This document shows, piece by piece, positions 28,488 through 38,115 of a stretch of 64,000 bases of DNA. The DNA comes from a virus. The notes beneath the pieces are model-generated. The model saw only the letters and a list, made by a program, of their open reading frames with translations. It ran no database searches and was not told where the DNA came from. The translations under genes were made by a program, and so were the position numbers. Position 1 is the first letter of the stretch. Every line of letters starts with the position of its first letter. Where the stretch lies: positions 6,638 to 70,637 of IMG/VR virus record IMGVR_UViG_3300046504_000138. One strand, given 5' to 3'.

Positions 28488-29151
28488 ATTTTTTTGTATA
28501 ATTTGCAAGAAATTCCGGATTTGAGTGTGATCTTGCTATAAAGGCAACAAAGTCTGTAGTTTCCTTATATGGTGGTATTCCCCTGTATTTAAGTACAGTA
28601 CCTTTACCCGCATTATATGATGCAAGAGCCAATTTCCATGAAATTTTTTCAGGATTGCTTCTGCTTTTCCAAAAAGAATATAAATCTTTCAGATAATTCA
28701 AACCAATATAAATATCTTCCTGATCCACATCTAAATGTAAAGTATCTGTACGTAATAAAATCTGATACGTTAGTTTAGTGTCAGGTATTAATTGCATAAG
28801 ACCAACTGCACCTGCAGGTGATACAACAGTATCTCTGAAAGTAGATTCTTTAAAAACTAATCTAAATGCCATTCTTTCAGGTATTTTGAGAGTATCAGCA
28901 ACATCGTAAATAAATTCAATATATTTTGTATCAATATAATCCGGAATAATTAATTCGGATTCAAATTCGATATTTTGAATTAAATTTCTTATATATATTT
29001 CTTTTTCCAATTTAGCAACCTTTTCTTCCAACATTTTTGTAGCATATTCATCAACAGTGTTTTTCGTGCTTGATTCTGCATTACCTATACTAATATTGCT
29101 AAGAGTGAAAACAGTAAAAAGAAATAGTAGTGTTAAAATAAGTTTTTTCAT
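28459..29151 (-). CDS. Exported lytic transglycosylase (SLT family)
   Basis: Signal peptide; KES, SPAGAVGLMQL, ALASYNAG and PPYKET motifs. Confidence 0.9.
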   Translation of the reverse strand: MKKLILTLLFLFTVFTLSNISIGNAESSTKNTVDEYATKMLEEKVAKLEKEIYIRNLIQNIEFESELIIPDYIDTKYIEFIYDVADTLKIPERMAFRLVFKESTFRDTVVSPAGAVGLMQLIPDTKLTYQILLRTDTLHLDVDQEDIYIGLNYLKDLYSFWKSRSNPEKISWKLALASYNAGKGTVLKYRGIPPYKETTDFVAFIARSHSNPEFLANYTKKYDNAHKGNS

Positions 29152-29419
29152 AACCTCGGTTTTAATAATGTTATTTATTGAAAATCAATGAGTTATTTGT
29201 TAATAAATTTTGGAAATTTCCCGAAAATCTTGGGGATTTAAAACCAAAATGCCCGAAAAACTTTGTTTTTTCGGGTATCGTGAGAATTGGCATGCTCAAA
29301 TCGAGAGAATTTTGAGTACTTCGAGCCAAAGGTATCTTATCTTTAAGGATTGTTAATATGTTTTTTTTATAATACATTATAATTCACTATAAATACTCTG
29401 AAATTCACTAAATGTTAAA

Positions 29420-29668
29420 TTACTTCTTATCAGCCTGTTGTGCGGGGTTTGGAAATAATTTGACTTCTAAGCCACCAATAATTTGATAGGCTTCAAGAAT
29501 AAGTTCTTGTGCCTTTTTAATTCTTTTTTTTAATTCTTTGTGTTTTTTATAAACAGGGTGCTCAATAAGAACATCTTCGATCATATTAGCAATAATATAT
29601 GCCCTGTCGATTGCTTCGACATAATGACCTTCATTAAGACCTTTGATTTTTTTCTTCTTTTTTCCCAT
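29420..29668 (-). CDS. Hypothetical protein
   Basis: MGKKKK... start inferred. Confidence 0.6.
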   Translation of the reverse strand: MGKKKKKIKGLNEGHYVEAIDRAYIIANMIEDVLIEHPVYKKHKELKKRIKKAQELILEAYQIIGGLEVKLFPNPAQQADKK

Positions 29669-30389
29669 TATACAATAATTTTTCTTTGATCCTGTTAACA
29701 ACAATATTCGAATTAAGAATAAATAAATGGTTTTCACCAATTCTTGCAAATCCGCATCTGTTGGCAACCGAAAATAATTTATATTCGTTGGTTTCAGTAT
29801 CTTTTTTCTTCATAAGTTCTGCCAATCCATAGTATTCCATTGCCGGAACACTTTCAATTTCATTTATCTGCTGAAATTGATGATAAACTCGAACATTTTT
29901 TATCTTAAAGTAATATTCGGCATCATTAACGTTATCCTGAACTGGCTTAACTAATGCAATGATTGCCACATTCTCAGCATAGAAATCCCTGTAAATCATT
30001 TCCATGAATTCTTCTGTAACACCAAGTTTCCTGAAATCAGGATGAACAACTAAACCGTGTATAAGAACGACTTTACAATAAGTTTCAAGTCTTAATTTTC
30101 TCTGACTAATAAGTTCCATCAACTCTACATAGGTGTTTTCTTTTCTATGTGCTCTAAGCAATTTATTGAAATCAACATTTAATGCTGCACCTAAATCAAT
30201 ATTTATTGTTGATAAACCATATTCGCCTATGATCTTTGGTGGTATATTCTCAGCAATTTTCAATTCAGATATAGTTCCATTGTATTCGGTTATAATGTTG
30301 TCATTCTCATTAACCAAATCAAAGTTTTTTCTATAACCTTGCGTTTTGAACGTTAAATTGTTCCAAATATCCCATCCATCTTTATTCAT
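29634..30389 (-). CDS. GNAT-like fold protein
   Basis: LVVHPDFRKLGV acetyl-CoA-binding-like motif; host-type promoter just upstream. Confidence 0.5.
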   Translation of the reverse strand: MNKDGWDIWNNLTFKTQGYRKNFDLVNENDNIITEYNGTISELKIAENIPPKIIGEYGLSTINIDLGAALNVDFNKLLRAHRKENTYVELMELISQRKLRLETYCKVVLIHGLVVHPDFRKLGVTEEFMEMIYRDFYAENVAIIALVKPVQDNVNDAEYYFKIKNVRVYHQFQQINEIESVPAMEYYGLAELMKKKDTETNEYKLFSVANRCGFARIGENHLFILNSNIVVNRIKEKLLYNGKKEEKNQRS

Positions 30390-30429
30390 AATTGGCAAAT
30401 TTAAGCATTATTTTATTAAAAAACAAATT

Positions 30430-30876
30430 TTATTGTAATTCATTGGACTTCTCCAACTTACCCAAGAGGTCAACGAAGTAATTTCTTATCTGCTCTACTT
30501 CAAGATACTCTTTAGGTTCAAAGTTTTGATCAATCCAAGTCGTCCAATATAATTTTATACCAAACCTGTCCATGTCGTTGATAAAATCATTGATGTCACG
30601 AGGAAACGGCATCTTATGACTTACTCGTTGATTTGCCTTGAACGAATTGGCATCTTTTCCAATTGAATAATGTTCTACAAAGAACTCCAAGGTGATCTTA
30701 TCGTCATTACTGAACTTATACCAAGTACCCATATTCTTACCCCGCCAACCCTCAAAAATCGTGTCACAAGGCTTTTCAGTAACCGGAGACAACATATCCA
30801 CTGTAAATGGAACAGTGAGAAAATTTTTATATCTCTCACTGCCCAATGTGTTAATATATGGAGTTACAATTATCAT
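30430..30876 (-). CDS. Hypothetical protein
   Basis: ORF in minus-strand operon. Confidence 0.65.
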   Translation of the reverse strand: MIIVTPYINTLGSERYKNFLTVPFTVDMLSPVTEKPCDTIFEGWRGKNMGTWYKFSNDDKITLEFFVEHYSIGKDANSFKANQRVSHKMPFPRDINDFINDMDRFGIKLYWTTWIDQNFEPKEYLEVEQIRNYFVDLLGKLEKSNELQ

Positions 30877-31397
30877 TTGGTTGTTAATGACATAATATTA
30901 TAGGTCTTATCATAATTCCGAGTAAGAGTCAAAACATTAAGTTCATCACGAATTTCTGATTCACCCTTTTTCCAAACTAATGTCTTTAGTTCTATAATAA
31001 TATTGCCATTATCGGGATCAACATTAATTGTTCCATAGCATTGTTTATCATTTCTCCTAACATGTATATCCAATGCTTGAAGAGAAACAGGAAAACCATC
31101 TTGCCAATGAAAATAATCATGTCTGATCACCGAAGATGCCTTTTCCCATCCATTATCAGTCTTACGATATAGATATAAGTCCTTATCTCTGATATTTTCA
31201 CTGAGGTTTTTCACAAATGGTTCATATGCGAGAACATATATTTCATCATTTGCTTTAAAACAACGATTATCGGATATAGTCCAATCTTTGGTTTCAATCA
31301 ATGAAGGCTGTTCAAAGATTGGAAGATATCCTTCTGATTGTGAAAATGCTACCGAAGTAAACATTAACCCGAATAAAAATAAAATAACCTTTTTCAT
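30873..31397 (-). CDS. Exported hypothetical protein
   Basis: MKKVILFLFGLMFTSVAFSQ signal peptide of Bacteroidota style (Gln at +1). Confidence 0.7.
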   Translation of the reverse strand: MKKVILFLFGLMFTSVAFSQSEGYLPIFEQPSLIETKDWTISDNRCFKANDEIYVLAYEPFVKNLSENIRDKDLYLYRKTDNGWEKASSVIRHDYFHWQDGFPVSLQALDIHVRRNDKQCYGTINVDPDNGNIIIELKTLVWKKGESEIRDELNVLTLTRNYDKTYNIMSLTTK

Positions 31398-31423
31398 AAT
31401 ACAAAATTTATTAGTTCTGCCTA

Positions 31424-31453
31424 ATTATACGATGATAAGGTCAAAATGTTACA
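31424..31453 (-). promoter_or_regulatory. ECF-like promoter TGTAAC-N16-CGTATAAT
   Basis: Exact motif, 26 nt upstream of ORF 31397(-). Confidence 0.8.
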
Positions 31454-31476
31454 AAAAAACTAAGATTTTTTGATGA

Positions 31477-31695
31477 TTATACCAAATTTAATTCACAAAC
31501 AGTCAATATTAGGACCTTTTTTGGCAATCTTTTACCCTCTAATTTGCTCTTAATCAATGAATCAGCATATGTGTCAGTCATTATTTCACCGACATTCATC
31601 CAACTTCTATCAGGTACTTCCAATATTGTTTCTTCTGTCACAGCATCAATGTATTTGACCGTGATTCTCGGTGTATTTTTTACGTATTTTGCCAT
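31477..31695 (-). CDS. Hypothetical protein
   Basis: ORF in operon. Confidence 0.6.
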   Translation of the reverse strand: MAKYVKNTPRITVKYIDAVTEETILEVPDRSWMNVGEIMTDTYADSLIKSKLEGKRLPKKVLILTVCELNLV

Positions 31696-31702
31696 AATTG
31701 TC

Positions 31703-31948
31703 TTATTTAGTAATGAAAAAATAATTGCTGTTTAAATGATTTCTTAAAAGAAATATCATTTTTTTTAATCTAAATCTTGAAATTTGGGGTATTCTTTTAA
31801 TTATTTCACTATCACAATAATTAAACCCTATATATTCATTTATTTGATTTTCAAAAATTTTCATGTCTCCATCGAAATTTTGTTGTTTTTTTCTAATGGT
31901 CTTAATTTTTCGTTTTTGTATAATTTCAGGAGTTGAACTATTTTTCAT
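31703..31948 (-). CDS. Hypothetical basic protein
   Basis: Fills the gap; start uncertain. Confidence 0.4.
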   Translation of the reverse strand: MKNSSTPEIIQKRKIKTIRKKQQNFDGDMKIFENQINEYIGFNYCDSEIIKRIPQISRFRLKKMIFLLRNHLNSNYFFITK

Positions 31949-31982
31949 TTTGGTTATTGTTTCTTTACCAAAAAAGACTTCT

Positions 31983-32504
31983 TTATGGCAATTTAATATT
32001 ATATGTCTTTGATAAATATAATAATGCTTCAGCATTTCCTTTACAATCCATTCTTGGATCATGACTATGAGTTGTTATTCTATGTTTTTTCCATCTGTAA
32101 TACATGTCGCCACTTGCACCAGAAAATAAATCTCCAATTCTTCTTGAGGACCAACCAAAAGGATTTGAACCATTAAATTTGTGAAAATAATAGTTAAGAC
32201 ATACACCAAAATCATAACCATTATTATCTGAAATACCAACAGGCGAACCTTTGGAATTGTATCTTAACCATTCAGCAAATTCTTTCATCACCTTCTCAGG
32301 TTCATCGAAAGTCAGATGTTCTTCACGGCTAAAACCACTAATTGCCAATGCTTCAGGATTCCATTTATCAGAAATGGGTCTAATTTTACCGTAAAATGTT
32401 TTGGATAATGATGGTTCGACAACAATTGCAGCAAAACACACCATTGAATATTCTGGCATAAGTGGACCATCACTTTCACAATCTACACAAATTAATTTAC
32501 TCAT
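31983..32504 (-). CDS. DEDDh 3'-5' exonuclease
   Basis: VDCESDG, N.YD and H.P..D motifs. Confidence 0.75.
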   Translation of the reverse strand: MSKLICVDCESDGPLMPEYSMVCFAAIVVEPSLSKTFYGKIRPISDKWNPEALAISGFSREEHLTFDEPEKVMKEFAEWLRYNSKGSPVGISDNNGYDFGVCLNYYFHKFNGSNPFGWSSRRIGDLFSGASGDMYYRWKKHRITTHSHDPRMDCKGNAEALLYLSKTYNIKLP

Positions 32505-32989
32505 AATAATATTTTTAAAATTTTATCTTTTACTCCACTTTGTTTTATTCCTTCATTAGCACGGGTACATCTGACAAAGTTTTCTGGTATCCAAAGTTTT
32601 AAATCCAAATCATCAACTGCCACCCATTTAGTAAGTTCGTTTTCACTCGCATATTTATTAATTTCATATGAACGGCACTCTTCAAGTTGTTGCAGACTTG
32701 TGAACTGTACTCCCCAAGAAGAATTTGTTACTCCTGAAACTTTTGCCTTTACATTATTCCATTCAAAAATCTCATTTAATACTGCAATAGTATAACGATC
32801 TCTCCAATCAGATGAAATTATAATAATAGGATCGGTCTTTTCAACAATAGCATTAAAAACCTTTACGCATGTTTCATCAAAACGATAACAATCATACATA
32901 GGATGCCATTTTTTCCTATTAGTATAGTATTGTGTTGTCGTAGCAAGTACTCCGTCAATATCGAGTAATATATATCTTTTAATGCTCAT
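32501..32989 (-). CDS. HAD phosphatase ('Swiss-army-knife' RNA-repair-like)
   Basis: LDIDGVL, ISSDWR and VDD motifs. Confidence 0.8.
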   Translation of the reverse strand: MSIKRYILLDIDGVLATTTQYYTNRKKWHPMYDCYRFDETCVKVFNAIVEKTDPIIIISSDWRDRYTIAVLNEIFEWNNVKAKVSGVTNSSWGVQFTSLQQLEECRSYEINKYASENELTKWVAVDDLDLKLWIPENFVRCTRANEGIKQSGVKDKILKILL

Positions 32990-33363
32990 TCTATGTCTTC
33001 TTTATCCCAATCTATGGTCAAACCGTCCTTTAATACCTTTAAATGAATGTCAATGTGTTCAACACCTTTTTCGGGTTTAAATGTAAGGTCAAGAATTGCT
33101 TCTTTGGTCTTTTCATTGATATCTATGTTGATTTTGCAATCTCTTTTCAGAAGTTCTTCTTTGACAATTTTTGCTTGTTCATAATCCTCTCGCATTATTG
33201 CAAAGGCATATAATTTACCTAAATCAGGGATGGCAAAAGACGATAAATCATCAAATTCGGGAAAATTAATGCCAATAAGATGAATACTATCCATAGTAGC
33301 ATCAGGATCAAATTTTTGTATTAATTTGAGCACGTGTCTTCTAAGTTCTTCTTCCCATCCCAT
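32986..33363 (-). CDS. Hypothetical protein
   Basis: ORF in operon; UVR-like EDYEQAK..K motif. Confidence 0.6.
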   Translation of the reverse strand: MGWEEELRRHVLKLIQKFDPDATMDSIHLIGINFPEFDDLSSFAIPDLGKLYAFAIMREDYEQAKIVKEELLKRDCKINIDINEKTKEAILDLTFKPEKGVEHIDIHLKVLKDGLTIDWDKEDIE

Positions 33364-33370
33364 AATTTAA

Positions 33371-33925
33371 TTAAGTTCTATTCAATTTTTGCCAAATTGC
33401 CGTGCAGTAACCAATTTGGTATTTGCAATCGTCAATTGGATTGTGTTCAGTTCCCATTTTGGGATAATGCTCTTTTACTTCCGGTGCAAATGCAACCAAA
33501 GTCCTGACATCACGTTCACATCTGAAATTCCAAGGTTCTTTTAATCCACACTTAATATATGCATCTTCAAGAATACCCATATCAAATCTTACACCATTGC
33601 CCCAAAGTTGAACTGTTGTAATGCCTAACTGTTCTAAATACAATTTAAAGTCATAAAGTACTTGACTGATATTTTTGCCATCACCTATGGCAACTGCCAT
33701 GCGTGCTTTTTCGTTCTGCATGAACCACCATTCAATGGTGTCACCATTTACGATCATACCTCTATCAAGACATGATTGAATATCGACTTTGGTATAAAAT
33801 TCTCTACCAAATTCTCCGGTTTCAATGTCGAATTCAACAGCACCAATAGAGCAGATTACCGAATTGCTCTTATTGCCTAATGTTTCAAGGTCAACCATTA
33901 CATGACCTAATTTTTTTGTTTCCAT
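33371..33925 (-). CDS. DEDDh 3'-5' exo(ribo)nuclease
   Basis: MVDLETLG, WGNG..FD, RDVRT and HNPIDD motifs. Confidence 0.85.
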   Translation of the reverse strand: METKKLGHVMVDLETLGNKSNSVICSIGAVEFDIETGEFGREFYTKVDIQSCLDRGMIVNGDTIEWWFMQNEKARMAVAIGDGKNISQVLYDFKLYLEQLGITTVQLWGNGVRFDMGILEDAYIKCGLKEPWNFRCERDVRTLVAFAPEVKEHYPKMGTEHNPIDDCKYQIGYCTAIWQKLNRT

Positions 33926-33928
33926 GTT

Positions 33929-34483
33929 TTAATTATTAATTGTATGTACTTTATCTAATTCGTCCCATAATTCCTGAAGTATGTCCTGATTAAGTTTGCT
34001 TTTGTACCAAACAAGTGCTTTCTTAAATATGGGTTTGCGATATGCATATTCTTCAACGTATTTCTTATACATTGAACTACCATGTGCTTTACTATACATA
34101 GCATTGGCAAGTATATCGCACATCTTAAGTATAATTGCACGATAATTTATTACAGTTTTGCCCATTGTAAGTAAATGTTTCATCAAACGATTTTCTGCTG
34201 ATACATCTGTTACCGCCAATACTATATCTGCAGCATCCTTTCCAATTACTGCTGAAACATCATTATATGATTGTTTTGTATCTTCCAATATATCATGGCA
34301 ATACGCAGCAGCAACGGTAATATCTCTATCTTCCGGCTTAACAAAAATGGACTTGTAGTGTTGAACAACAAGAACTACTCCATTAACATGCACCATATAA
34401 CTCTGACCTTTATCATAAGTACAATTTGCGTCATCGTGACATTTACGGGCGTATTCTGCAATTATTTTAAAATCTGGTGTCAT
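33929..34483 (-). CDS. RelA/SpoT (Mesh1)-type HD hydrolase
   Basis: Y..H...V, AAYCHDILEDT, V.AVTD and K.CD..AN motifs. Confidence 0.75.
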   Translation of the reverse strand: MTPDFKIIAEYARKCHDDANCTYDKGQSYMVHVNGVVLVVQHYKSIFVKPEDRDITVAAAYCHDILEDTKQSYNDVSAVIGKDAADIVLAVTDVSAENRLMKHLLTMGKTVINYRAIILKMCDILANAMYSKAHGSSMYKKYVEEYAYRKPIFKKALVWYKSKLNQDILQELWDELDKVHTINN

Positions 34484-34686
34484 TGTTTTTCGTTTAATTC
34501 ATTTAACAATTCTTGATAATATATTAAATCATTTTGTGCATGATCTAAGTCTCCACTAAAGATACTGACTTCATTTTGTGCTTCTTTTAGTTTCTTTTTG
34601 GCTTCTTCTAAACGATAGGAAGCATCATCGTAAGCATGTCCTGCAGTTTTAAGATTACCTTCAATATGTTCTCTAATTTTTTCCAT
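34480..34686 (-). CDS. Small coiled-coil protein
   Basis: First gene after a host-type promoter variant. Confidence 0.6.
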   Translation of the reverse strand: MEKIREHIEGNLKTAGHAYDDASYRLEEAKKKLKEAQNEVSIFSGDLDHAQNDLIYYQELLNELNEKQ

Positions 34687-34899
34687 GATGCAATAATACG
34701 AATAATAAATTTAATCTCCAAATTTTAAAAATATTTGTGTGAGAATCATGTAAGATTTTATCAGAATTATGTAAGTTTTATTGGGTTTAATTTTCTATTT
34801 ATAGTATATGTTGTATCCATACTCTGTTCAAATTTACTATCTCTGTCAGTTACAATATAATATACAAATAATTGTAGTTTAATATAAAAATTTAAAGTT

Positions 34900-35085
34900 A
34901 TGCCAATTTTAACAATTTTATTAGTATTAGTTGCCGTAGGAGTTATTCTATGGGCAGTTAATAAATATGTTCCAATGGCTTCCAGTATTAAAAACATCCT
35001 CAATGTTGTAGTAATTGGTATTACAATATTTTGGCTTCTTAAAGTCTTTGGAGTTTTTGCCTACTTAGGCAGTGTACACATCTAA
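34900..35085 (+). CDS. Small two-TM membrane protein (Thivi_2564-like)
   Basis: MPI..IL..L..VGVILW.VN.YVPM...IK.ILN.VV....FWLL.VFG pattern. Confidence 0.65.
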   Translation: MPILTILLVLVAVGVILWAVNKYVPMASSIKNILNVVVIGITIFWLLKVFGVFAYLGSVHI

Positions 35086-35194
35086 AAACAAACAATTTTG
35101 TTTTCAAAGAGTGAGTGAGTGTTTGACGTAGAAATATGTCATCTCACTCATTTTTATTATTTGCCCTTGCATAATAAAATTATTTTCGTATTTT

Positions 35195-35224
35195 TGTAAC
35201 ATTATTGATTTCAATACGTATAAT
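35195..35224 (+). promoter_or_regulatory. ECF-like promoter TGTAAC-N16-CGTATAAT overlapping a host-type promoter
   Basis: Exact motif; TTG(35167)-N19-TAttTTTG overlaps it. Confidence 0.8.
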
Positions 35225-35239
35225 GCAATAAAAACTATT

Positions 35240-35488
35240 ATGGAAAACGAAGAGAAGGGTATTGAAAATATCCAGAAAATAATAAAGACCAAAGGATTTC
35301 ACATCATATTTAAAGGTGATCCTTCCGTTGGTATCTTTGATTCCAGGTGGGAACTCAATGGTGATTTTTATTTTGATAATCAACAGGAACTTGAAGATTT
35401 TCGTAAAGAACTTCAGGTACTCTATGAAAACTATTGCGGTGAAGTAACAATTGAAACATTCGAAGAATATGCTGACAGGTTCAACTGA
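35240..35488 (+). CDS. Hypothetical protein
   Basis: GDPSVGI motif; follows the dual promoter. Confidence 0.65.
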   Translation: MENEEKGIENIQKIIKTKGFHIIFKGDPSVGIFDSRWELNGDFYFDNQQELEDFRKELQVLYENYCGEVTIETFEEYADRFN

Positions 35489-35540
35489 ATACAAACCAAC
35501 AAACGTAATATTTCTTGATGTGGAGACGTATTTATATTAA
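35469..35540 (+). pseudogene. Orphaned 5' stub of the HAD gene at 36343
   Basis: MLTGSTEYKPTNVIFLDV(E) matches NCIFLDVDG of 36343, then runs into the endonuclease promoter. Confidence 0.65.
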
Positions 35541-35549
35541 AACATTAAA

Positions 35550-36359
35550 ATGGGAACAAAATATGCGTCAAAACAAATAGAAAAAGAAATTATTTCATTA
35601 TATGAAACAAAATCAGAGAACGAAATAGCATCAATTTATGGTAGAACACAATCTGGAATTAATTTAATTCTAAAAAGAAATGGAATTCGAAAATTAAAAA
35701 AAAGTAGATTAAACATGAGTCATCTTGCACTTAATGTTGACTATTTTAAAGAAATTAATTCAAAAGATAAAGCATATTGGCTTGGCTTTATATGCGCAGA
35801 TGGAAATATTAAAAAAACAAATAATAAAGTATCATTAACATCAAAAGATTTGGAAGTGATTGAAGGATTTAAAGGGGCAATTGGTGCAGAACATACTATT
35901 AGTAAGAGAAAATTTTTTGACAAAAGAACTAATAAAACATATATCGGATATTTAATTCAAATTGGTAATGAATTATTTGTTAATAATTTAATTGATTTAG
36001 GTGTGACATCAAATAAAACAGATATATTGAAATTTCCGAAGATTGATGAAAAATATTATTCATATTTTATTGCAGGATTATTTGACGGAGATGGGTTTGT
36101 TGGTATCAGAAATCATAATAAACTACGAATAAGTCTTATTTCAACTAAAGAAGTGTTAGATTTTATAAGTAATTTATTGACTAATATAGGAATTAATGAA
36201 TTATCGAAAGTTAAAGTTTCGAAGAATAAAATAAATGTTTGGAAAACATGTCTATATAAAGACGCAGATAAGTTTTTAAATTATATATATGGTGATGATA
36301 ATTTTAAGTATTATTTAATGAGAAAATATAACATATTTAAAAATGCAAGTAGAAATTAA
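35550..36359 (+). CDS. LAGLIDADG homing endonuclease (free-standing)
   Basis: AYWLGFICADG and FIAGLFDGDG motifs; N-terminal HTH. Confidence 0.9.
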   Translation: MGTKYASKQIEKEIISLYETKSENEIASIYGRTQSGINLILKRNGIRKLKKSRLNMSHLALNVDYFKEINSKDKAYWLGFICADGNIKKTNNKVSLTSKDLEVIEGFKGAIGAEHTISKRKFFDKRTNKTYIGYLIQIGNELFVNNLIDLGVTSNKTDILKFPKIDEKYYSYFIAGLFDGDGFVGIRNHNKLRISLISTKEVLDFISNLLTNIGINELSKVKVSKNKINVWKTCLYKDADKFLNYIYGDDNFKYYLMRKYNIFKNASRN

Positions 36360-36945
36360 TAAATTTCAAAATTGTATATTTTTGGACGTTGACGGTGTTT
36401 TGAATTGTCAATTATTTTATGATGAAAAATTCAAAGAACTCAAACATTTTGATGGCATACCATTTTATAAAACCGTGAAAAAATACTTACGCAAATTATT
36501 TCATCAAAAAGAAATCAGTGATTTGAACTATTATAAATCACAAATGTGTGCCAAACGCATAAGTTGGCTCAATATATTATGCGAAGAAACTAATAGTGCA
36601 GTAGTCCTCAGTGCTTCTATGAGAAGTGGTTGGTCTGTTCCGGACTTACAGAAAATTTTTAATTATTGTGGTGCTACCTTTATTATAATAGATAAGACGA
36701 GTCATTGTGATTGTAGAATCAGAGGTGTGGAAATCCAAAATTGGATGAAGGATAATTGTATGAAATGGTTTGGTGTTCAATATTATGATTTTCATCGTTA
36801 TGCAATCATTGATGACGATTCAGATATGTTACTTTGTCAAAAGGGGAATTTTTTTCAAACTGATAATTATAGTGGTTTAACTCCCACTACTTGTTATAAA
36901 ATAAAAAGATTTTTTACACAAAAAACATTTCATTACAATGAATAG
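36343..36945 (+). CDS. HAD phosphatase ('Swiss-army-knife' RNA-repair-like)
   Basis: FLDVDGVLN, VVLSASMR, RG.EI..W, IIDDDSDM and GLT motifs. Confidence 0.85.
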   Translation: MQVEINKFQNCIFLDVDGVLNCQLFYDEKFKELKHFDGIPFYKTVKKYLRKLFHQKEISDLNYYKSQMCAKRISWLNILCEETNSAVVLSASMRSGWSVPDLQKIFNYCGATFIIIDKTSHCDCRIRGVEIQNWMKDNCMKWFGVQYYDFHRYAIIDDDSDMLLCQKGNFFQTDNYSGLTPTTCYKIKRFFTQKTFHYNE

Positions 36946-37189
36946 CAAAAATTTAATAATTGGTTTTATTTTTCTTGTCCTATTATCAACAGGTATTGAA
37001 TTTATCTTCAAAGAAAAACACGGTGGATTAGACACCAAGCAAGTTGAAATAACCGAAACTAAGACTTATGAACAAGGACTATGGGATGGTTTTAATAAGA
37101 CCATGAAGTATCTTGATCAAATTGGTTACATCAAAGATACCGTGCATATTGAAATTACCAAACTCGATAGTGTTTTACATGCAAAATAA
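36938..37189 (+). CDS. Small membrane-anchored protein
   Basis: N-terminal TM helix. Confidence 0.6.
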   Translation: MNSKNLIIGFIFLVLLSTGIEFIFKEKHGGLDTKQVEITETKTYEQGLWDGFNKTMKYLDQIGYIKDTVHIEITKLDSVLHAK

Positions 37190-37195
37190 TTAAAT

Positions 37196-38083
37196 ATGAC
37201 TGATACTGATGTAATTGAGAAGATACTGAAATCCAGTAAACCTTCAGATTTGTTCACAGATGATGAACCTAAAAAGATTTATATTCAATATTCCAAATTA
37301 ATTCACCCTGATGTTTGCAGTCATAAATCAGCAGGTGAAGCAATGGCAAAAATGAATTATTTTAAAGATGTACTTGAAAATGGTACTCCTTATGTTGATG
37401 AAAGTGGTCCATTCAGGGTTTTTGAGAAGAAAATTGTGTATGTCGTCACTGATGCCAATCGCAAATTAATTACCAAATCTGTTGAAAATTATAAGAAACT
37501 TATGTCACTGCATGACAAACCGTCAGTTAATTTTCATAGATATCTGCCAGAAAGTATGGTTTTGGAAAAAGACTGTCTTACAATAAATTTGAAGGATCGT
37601 AGTATTCCTTTAACCGGACAGAAATTACCTCAAGAACACGTTAATTGGCTGTTTTCCAGGATGTTCGAATTTGTATTGTGGTTGAGGCAAATTAATTACT
37701 CACACATGGGTATGAATCCTACTACAGTCTTCGTAGTGCCTGAAACTCACGGTATTATAATAATTAATTTCTATCATATGGCTACTTTAGGCAAGAAAGC
37801 CGAAACAATCAGTGCCAAGTATAAAATGTGGTATCCTACTATTCTTTTTACACAAAAAATCGCAACACCTGATATTGATTTGGAACTTTCTAAGAAAATT
37901 GCATTATATTTGTTGGGCGATAGATCAGCAGCAGGAACAAAATTAAAAATGGATAAAACGATTAATAAAGAAATTTTGAATTTTCTTCTGACAAAACATC
38001 AGAACCACAAAGATGAATTTGTTCAATATAGAGAATTATTGGCAAAAAATTTTGAAAAGAAATTTTATCCACTACATTTGTAA
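37196..38083 (+). CDS. J-domain-like (HPD) protein with degenerate kinase-like domain
   Basis: Y...SKLIHPDV; C-terminal H..W...R...YSHMGMNPTTVFVVPETHG resembles an altered catalytic loop. Confidence 0.6.
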   Translation: MTDTDVIEKILKSSKPSDLFTDDEPKKIYIQYSKLIHPDVCSHKSAGEAMAKMNYFKDVLENGTPYVDESGPFRVFEKKIVYVVTDANRKLITKSVENYKKLMSLHDKPSVNFHRYLPESMVLEKDCLTINLKDRSIPLTGQKLPQEHVNWLFSRMFEFVLWLRQINYSHMGMNPTTVFVVPETHGIIIINFYHMATLGKKAETISAKYKMWYPTILFTQKIATPDIDLELSKKIALYLLGDRSAAGTKLKMDKTINKEILNFLLTKHQNHKDEFVQYRELLAKNFEKKFYPLHL

Positions 38084-38115
38084 ATAATTTTAGTACTAAT
38101 ATTAAATTTAAATTT

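Noticed and set aside
34690-34899. Replication origin at the divergent AT-rich gap
   Set aside because: No iterons or clear repeats are visible; promoters can explain the gap
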